From a virus (Duplodnaviria > Heunggongvirae > Uroviricota > Caudoviricetes): a stretch of 64,000 nucleotides of DNA. Below, piece after piece: positions 58,745 through 64,000 of this stretch. The stretch is from the IMG/VR virus record IMGVR_UViG_3300019487_000021. One strand, written 5' to 3'. The position numbers and the translations under genes were made by a program. Under the pieces are notes generated by a model. The model did no database searches. It saw only the letters and a list, made by a program, of their open reading frames with translations, and was not told the origin of the DNA. Position 1 is the first letter of the stretch. Every line of letters begins with the position of its first letter.

Positions 58745-59541
58745 ATGCAGAACGTTGCCGATACACTTACCTCCAAGTACACTTGGAACAAGTTTACTTT
58801 TGATGCCACTCCAGGAACGCCGTTGTGGCGGTTCCGGTATCTGATCTCATGCATCATCGTGGGAGGTAACAATGAAGCTGACACTCTTCGGTGTGATAAA
58901 GAACTGTTTACGCGCTATCCGACTGTGGAGGCGCTTGCCGCAGCAAAATTTCGAGACCTCGCTGACCTCCTTGAAAAGTACGATCTCCAATATGCGGGAA
59001 ATAAAGCCAAGCATATTATTGACACCAGCAGCAAGATCGCTGTACTGGGCGATGTTCCGGACAACCGCGATGCTTTGGAGTGTCTTCCCGGTGTTGTCGT
59101 CACGTTGCTTCTGTCATTCTGGCTACTTGTTTCGGCCAAGACGAGTTTGCTGTGGATATTCACGTCCGTCGCATTGCTAAGCGGATTGGCCTCGTTGACG
59201 AGGATGCTACTGATCGCGCGATTGAAAAAGCAGTGCGCGCAGCTGTACAACCAGATCAATACGGACATTTCAGTAGGTCGTTCGTCGACTTCGGACAAAC
59301 GATCTGTGGCTTCCGCCCCAAATGCGGATCATGTTCGTTGACCCAAACTTGCAAATCGGTGACAGTGTCAACTCGTGACCGATTTGCGCTAACAACTGAC
59401 GCTAAGGCTGGCGCCTATTCGATAGGACAGTACATGATCACCGTTGCAGATGGTTATGCCAAATGCAATTGTATGGCAGGCAAACATGGTCGCAACTGCC
59501 GCCATGTGAAACAAATCGTAACAGGAGAACAGACATGCTGA
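58745..59541 (+). CDS. nth: endonuclease III (HhH-GPD DNA glycosylase with 4Fe-4S cluster) with an apparent -1 frameshift near 59095
   Basis: Frame 2 gives ...DVPDNRDALECLPGV. Frame 1 continues CRHVASVILATCFGQDEFAVDIHVRRIAKRIGL...CGFRPKCGSCSLTQTC. Confidence 0.6.
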
Positions 59542-59720
59542 AATGGATTGCACTGACGGAAGACGAACTGAAACTCGTCACAGACCATATGGGCTACAAC
59601 GAGGAAAGTCTCGTTGACATGCTCCATTATTCTCACAACAACACCGCTCGCGAGAATGCTGCATACCGGGATGAACTCACGCTGACTCGTGGTGTGAAAA
59701 ACAAGTTGGAGAGCGCGTGA
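59536..59720 (+). CDS. small hypothetical protein
   Basis: ATG overlapping the nth stop. Confidence 0.35.
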
Positions 59721-59769
59721 TGCTCTACATCATCCGAGATAAAGTCACTGATCAAACACCAAGCCAACT

Positions 59770-60879
59770 ATGAACATACGTCAAAAACAGCTGTGGGACA
59801 ACCTGTTAGCCCTAACGAAGGCTAACGAGGTGTTCTACCATCAGGAATTCACCCTTGATGGCAAACGGTATTGGATTTTCAACTATCGCTTGGCTTCCTA
59901 TACCGACTTCCTTCAACCCGACGCGTTGGAGTGTCGTGGGCATATGTTCGAAGTTGATCAAAATGATCAACCGGTCCGCCTGGCGGCCTGGCCATGTGAA
60001 AAGTTCTTCAACTTGAACGAAAATCCTTTGACGATTGGCCTTGATCTTACAAAGGTTGTTCGCATCGAGGACAAAGTTGATGGATCGTTGATGTCTACGT
60101 ACATCCACGATGGTGTGCTTCGTCTCAAGTCGCGCGGTTCGTTGTTCTCCGACCAGGCGCTTGCAGCAATGCGCTTTTTGGAAACTGATCGACTTTTGTG
60201 GGAAATGTTGTATAATATCACCGACAAAGGCTATACGGTTAACCTCGAGTGGTGTGCACCCGAACATCGGATTGTAATTGGTTATCCACAAGCTCACTTA
60301 CGTGTGTTGAATGTTCGTTCGACAGCAGATGGCACGTATCAAGATCTGTCACAAGTACCACAGATGAAGAATTACTGGGTACCTATACATGATGTTGTTG
60401 ATCCTGTTGTATTTGTTGCTTCGATCAAGGATATGACTGGTGTCGAGGGTTATGTTGTAACTCTTGAGGGCGGTCTGCGCGTAAAAATCAAGTGCGAATG
60501 GTACATGTCTCTTCATCACACAAAGGATTCAATCAACAATCCACGTCGATTGTTTGAGTCAATCTTAGATGAAGCGATCGACGACCTACGCGCGATGTTC
60601 TACGACGACGTTGTTGCAATGCAAATGATCGACGAGATGGAAAAGAAAGTCGATCAGGTGTATAATGGTATGGTCAACATGGTCGAAGGCTACTACGCTG
60701 AGAACAAGCACTTGTCTCGCAAAGACTATGCTATCAAGGCGCAAACGCATTTCAAGGACACGTTGTATTTTGGACTTGCAATGGGAAAGTACATAGGCCG
60801 CGCTTTCTCGTATAAAACATTCCTTAAATCCAAATGGCGTGATCTGGGTTTGAAGGACACCTCTCTGGAGGAATTATAA
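59770..60879 (+). CDS. T4 Rnl1-like ATP-dependent RNA ligase (tRNA-repair type)
   Basis: Motif I RIEDKVDGSL (KxDGS); 369 aa like T4 Rnl1. Confidence 0.6.
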   Translation: MNIRQKQLWDNLLALTKANEVFYHQEFTLDGKRYWIFNYRLASYTDFLQPDALECRGHMFEVDQNDQPVRLAAWPCEKFFNLNENPLTIGLDLTKVVRIEDKVDGSLMSTYIHDGVLRLKSRGSLFSDQALAAMRFLETDRLLWEMLYNITDKGYTVNLEWCAPEHRIVIGYPQAHLRVLNVRSTADGTYQDLSQVPQMKNYWVPIHDVVDPVVFVASIKDMTGVEGYVVTLEGGLRVKIKCEWYMSLHHTKDSINNPRRLFESILDEAIDDLRAMFYDDVVAMQMIDEMEKKVDQVYNGMVNMVEGYYAENKHLSRKDYAIKAQTHFKDTLYFGLAMGKYIGRAFSYKTFLKSKWRDLGLKDTSLEEL

Positions 60880-61127
60880 TGTTACAACTGCTCACTTTGG
60901 CTGCCTGCATCTACGTATGTAGAAAGTATCTACGCACATGGTCAGCGGCTATTCTTGGCTTTGTTGGACTGATCGTTTTCCTCGTGTGGGCGTTTAGCTA
61001 CTTGACGGGAGACTTGTCCGATGCGGTTGCGTTTGCCAGTATCGTTGCAGTTGTTGCTGTTGTCGTTACAGTAGTGGCAACTGTAGTCATCGTGCTTTTC
61101 CGAACTATCAAGATGAGGCTTTACTGA
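60879..61127 (+). CDS. small membrane protein
   Basis: Two TM helices. Confidence 0.4.
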   Translation: MLQLLTLAACIYVCRKYLRTWSAAILGFVGLIVFLVWAFSYLTGDLSDAVAFASIVAVVAVVVTVVATVVIVLFRTIKMRLY

Positions 61128-61634
61128 AATGCATCCAATGCTCCTTGTCGCATTCAATCGAGATGCTACTCCTGAGCAGAAACTGGAGGCATATCGCGAC
61201 TCAAAAGGCATGTTTGTTCGTGCCTTGATCATCTATGCGATCGTGGCAGTTGCATGCGGCATTTGGTATGCTGTCGATACGTGGCTGGTGTAGTGACATA
61301 TGCGAATGATGATCTTCTGCATTCTTGCTGGTGTGCTTCTTGCATGGGGCATCTCAAAGTACTTCGCCCTGAACGATCCTGACGAGCGTTACAAAGCGTA
61401 CAACACTCCGTACAAGCCGTACAAATAACTGTTGACCCTAATATAGGGTTGATGGATCATCTTCAAACTTTCAACGGAGATGGCCATGAACACTTGGAAT
61501 CAACAACCGACTCCTGAAGAGGAAGAAGACACTCGCGCTGTGTGGGATCAACAAGCGCAAGAAGAGTACGCTCAGTGGTTAAACGAACGCGATCGTGAGC
61601 GGTTCAATGAACTGATGAAACAAGCGGAGGAAGT

Positions 61635-62057
61635 ATGACCAAGATTCTTTCTTTGGGTTGTCTCGTTGCTAGTGTCTGTATCGTTGCTATCAACATGCAC
61701 AACTACGAAGATGGTCAGACGTACGATCTCATGGAAGTGATCCAACCGGAAGTCGTATACGCTCCCACTGGCACGTGTCCGTCACTCACCGCCGGCAGCA
61801 GCGCATGCATTCCTCACTCGCAATTTGATCGCGTGTTTAATCTCGCGAAAGAGAGACTGACACGTGAGACGGAAAAATCCGTTCGCCTGCAAGACGCACT
61901 CATGCGTTTGCAGGCATGTGAAATCATGCTCGATCGTGTTGGCGAGGCAAGTCAAGAAACTCACAAACATGAGGATGTCGGTGTAATTATCGACATCCAG
62001 CAAAACAGTCCAAATGAGCAGATCGAAGCTGTTGACACTGAGGGTCAAAACATCTAA
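61635..62057 (+). CDS. lipoprotein
   Basis: Lipobox LSLGC. Confidence 0.45.
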   Translation: MTKILSLGCLVASVCIVAINMHNYEDGQTYDLMEVIQPEVVYAPTGTCPSLTAGSSACIPHSQFDRVFNLAKERLTRETEKSVRLQDALMRLQACEIMLDRVGEASQETHKHEDVGVIIDIQQNSPNEQIEAVDTEGQNI

Positions 62058-62092
62058 AGTATCGGTTCGATTCAACCACAGCCACCATCACA

Positions 62093-63256
62093 ATGACACA
62101 CCAAAAGACACAAATTGCAGGAGAGATTGAGACAATCTTCACCGAACAGGAACAGGACACCGTCGAGATGTTTGGCGACAAGCTTGTTCGTTGGTACCAG
62201 ATTGCTGCTCGTCATGCCGTTGAACAACACTTGCTTGAAGATCCCTGTGGGCGTATTCTCGTCGTTCTTCCGACGGGCGCGGGAAAGACTCTCACGTCGG
62301 GTTTGATTTTCTCGAGTGGGTTGGTCCGCAAGGCGCTCGGTGTTCACAATCGCAAACTTCGTCTTTTGTTTATCGCACACAAACATCGTTTGCTTACTCA
62401 AGCTGAGCGTGAGTACGCCGATGCGGAAGGTGTTGAGTTCATTCCTCATTCCGCTTTCCAAGACCTGCCTCCCGAACTGTTGAAGGACGGTTGGGACATT
62501 ACGTGCATCGACGAAGCACATCATGAAGCCATGTCAACGATCCAGTACCACTTGGAGAAGCTCGGCGATCACCCGATTATCGGCCTCACTGCAACTCCCA
62601 ATCGTGCAGACGGCTGCCTGATCAAATTCGACCGAATTGTCAATCCTATCAGTCGTGAACAAGCGGTCGCGGAAGGCCACCTGGCTCCGACACACATCCA
62701 CACGTTTGTTGATGTTCCGTCAAAGGAAAAGGTCGACGTGTTGAGCGACATCTTCGAGAACTACTCTCACCAAATGGGCCAAACGATGGTGTTCGTCAAG
62801 ACAAAGAAAGAAGTGCGTGCGATTGTCACCGTCCTGATGAATCTTGGATACGTTGCGGTTGGTATACTTGAACAAAGCGAAGCCGAGCTGAACGGCATTC
62901 TCGACAAGTTCTCGGTTGGTGAGATCCAATTTGTTGTCAACTGCAACAAGATCAACGAAGGTGTCGACGTAAAAGGTTGCACCGATGTGATTCTTGGTCG
63001 CCAGTTTGGCTCGTATCCACAACTCAACCAAGTGATCGGACGTGCTTCGCGACCTGATAGCGATTGTAACGTGTGGGAGTTGATCAATCCGCTTAATGGT
63101 CGGAACCTCGACACAACGGTTGTAGTCGGTACACCGGAATCGCATCGTTTGGTCTCGAAGGAAGGTGGTCGGTGGATTGAACGTCAATTTGACTATGTCA
63201 CGCACCGCACGAATAAGCAGATCGGCGTGGCGAGTGGTATTCGGATTCGTCATTAA
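62093..63256 (+). CDS. SF2 DEAH-box helicase
   Basis: Motif I LPTGAGKT, II DEAH, III LTATP, VI GRASR. Confidence 0.7.
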   Translation: MTHQKTQIAGEIETIFTEQEQDTVEMFGDKLVRWYQIAARHAVEQHLLEDPCGRILVVLPTGAGKTLTSGLIFSSGLVRKALGVHNRKLRLLFIAHKHRLLTQAEREYADAEGVEFIPHSAFQDLPPELLKDGWDITCIDEAHHEAMSTIQYHLEKLGDHPIIGLTATPNRADGCLIKFDRIVNPISREQAVAEGHLAPTHIHTFVDVPSKEKVDVLSDIFENYSHQMGQTMVFVKTKKEVRAIVTVLMNLGYVAVGILEQSEAELNGILDKFSVGEIQFVVNCNKINEGVDVKGCTDVILGRQFGSYPQLNQVIGRASRPDSDCNVWELINPLNGRNLDTTVVVGTPESHRLVSKEGGRWIERQFDYVTHRTNKQIGVASGIRIRH

Positions 63257-63264
63257 GGAGATGT

Positions 63265-63591
63265 GTGATGGGTGCTAAGTGGCAAGTAGTTCACGCAACT
63301 GACAAAGTTGTCGCTCTCGAAGATCGCAGTTTCGAAGCTCGCGGTCACGATGGTAATATGAGCGTGACAAACGACGCCGAACGAGTAATCGGAGCTCTTC
63401 ACCGTTCGTTGCCTGGTGGGTTGAAAGAACGGATTGTGATCTACAAAGACACGATGGGCATGTGGGACGAACTTTGCCACGACGGTCAAGGAAACTTCAC
63501 TGGCTTCAAACCTGTACGCGCTACTACACTCAACGGTGCGTTGATGACGCTTGATCTACCACTGATTTTGACTGGGACTGTCTTCCAATGA
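63265..63591 (+). CDS. hypothetical protein
   Basis: ORF. Confidence 0.4.
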   Translation: MMGAKWQVVHATDKVVALEDRSFEARGHDGNMSVTNDAERVIGALHRSLPGGLKERIVIYKDTMGMWDELCHDGQGNFTGFKPVRATTLNGALMTLDLPLILTGTVFQ

Positions 63592-63755
63592 AGCGCTTGT
63601 TGTGCATACAAGAGCACAACGCAACGCGCGTTGGTGAGCTCGTTCAAACGTGGGACAAGCATACGTTACATGGAGCAAAATAATGTTGCTCACTAACAGA
63701 CTTTTCGTTTAGACTATAAGAATTGAAACTTCGCACAAAGTTTACGGAGTGAAAA

Positions 63756-63992
63756 ATGACCACCATGACCGAGCAAGAACTGCGGCAGGTCGCTTTTCGT
63801 GTTCATCGCGAGGGGGAAGACTTCCTCTTTGACGAGCCACAGCTATTCGAAAGACTGCTCTCTCATTTCTCAAAGGAAATTCCGTATGGTATTGCCACAG
63901 CGAAAACTGGTGATCCGTACATTTGGATCGGTACGAGACTGTTGCTCGAATATAGTCCAGCAGAATTTCGACGACTCGTCCCGACGAATTGA
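63756..63992 (+). CDS. hypothetical protein
   Basis: RBS GGAGTGAAAA. Confidence 0.4.
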   Translation: MTTMTEQELRQVAFRVHREGEDFLFDEPQLFERLLSHFSKEIPYGIATAKTGDPYIWIGTRLLLEYSPAEFRRLVPTN

Positions 63993-64000
63993 TCATTCTC

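Noticed and set aside
1-64000. Global stop-codon reassignment (genetic code 4 or 25, or TAG recoding)
   Set aside because: Many well-supported genes end in TGA, TAG or TAA with normal downstream starts (speD, ligases, guaC, queD and others). No other same-frame ORF pairs split by a single stop were found, apart from the release-factor locus and one coincidental speD/TrpF case.
1-64000. CRISPR array, integrase/attachment site, reverse transcriptase
   Set aside because: No spacer-repeat array, no tyrosine or serine recombinase motifs and no RT motifs were seen. Repeats present are short tandem or protein-coding repeats.

Overview
This 64 kb window reads as part of a large lytic dsDNA phage genome infecting a Gram-negative host. 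The host inference rests on an OmpA-type peptidoglycan-binding protein, a lipobox outer spanin paired with an inner spanin, and a PagL-like outer-membrane barrel. Genes are densely packed with AGGAG-type ribosome-binding sites, and several homing endonucleases (HNH and GIY-YIG) are present. The window is dominated by auxiliary and RNA-directed functions rather than virion genes. An island of about 13 tRNAs at 53.0-56.7 kb contains several irregular tRNAs and tRNA-like remnants. A Ro60/Rsr orthologue (TROVE plus vWA domains) is present, and two tRNA-like RNAs that lack a normal anticodon arm are Y-RNA/YrlA candidates. Three different ATP-dependent RNA ligases are encoded, one of them T4 Rnl1-like, together with a CCA-adding enzyme. 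A class-I release factor lacking domain 1 (RF1/PrfH-like) carries an in-frame TGA at the same aligned position in two paralogous copies, and those copies flank an HNH endonuclease. QueE, interrupted by a 148-aa mini-intein placed exactly at the radical-SAM cysteine motif, and QueD point to a 7-deazaguanine pathway, with a weak TGT/DpdA-like candidate elsewhere. A polyamine-related set (SpeD, a saccharopine-dehydrogenase-like enzyme, a pentein-fold enzyme) and a nucleotide-metabolism set (GuaC, dCMP deaminase, dCTP-deaminase-like, two phosphoribosyltransferases, NUDIX paralogues, DEDDh exonuclease, EndoIII) are also present, as is an EpmA/LysRS-core-like class II synthetase paralogue. Several genes are interrupted by frameshifts, often at homopolymers (rsr, nth, a NUDIX gene, a Zn-protease) or lack a canonical start; these are either programmed events or assembly errors. 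Every call is based on motif-level reading of the translations and manual folding; no database search or folding program was run.
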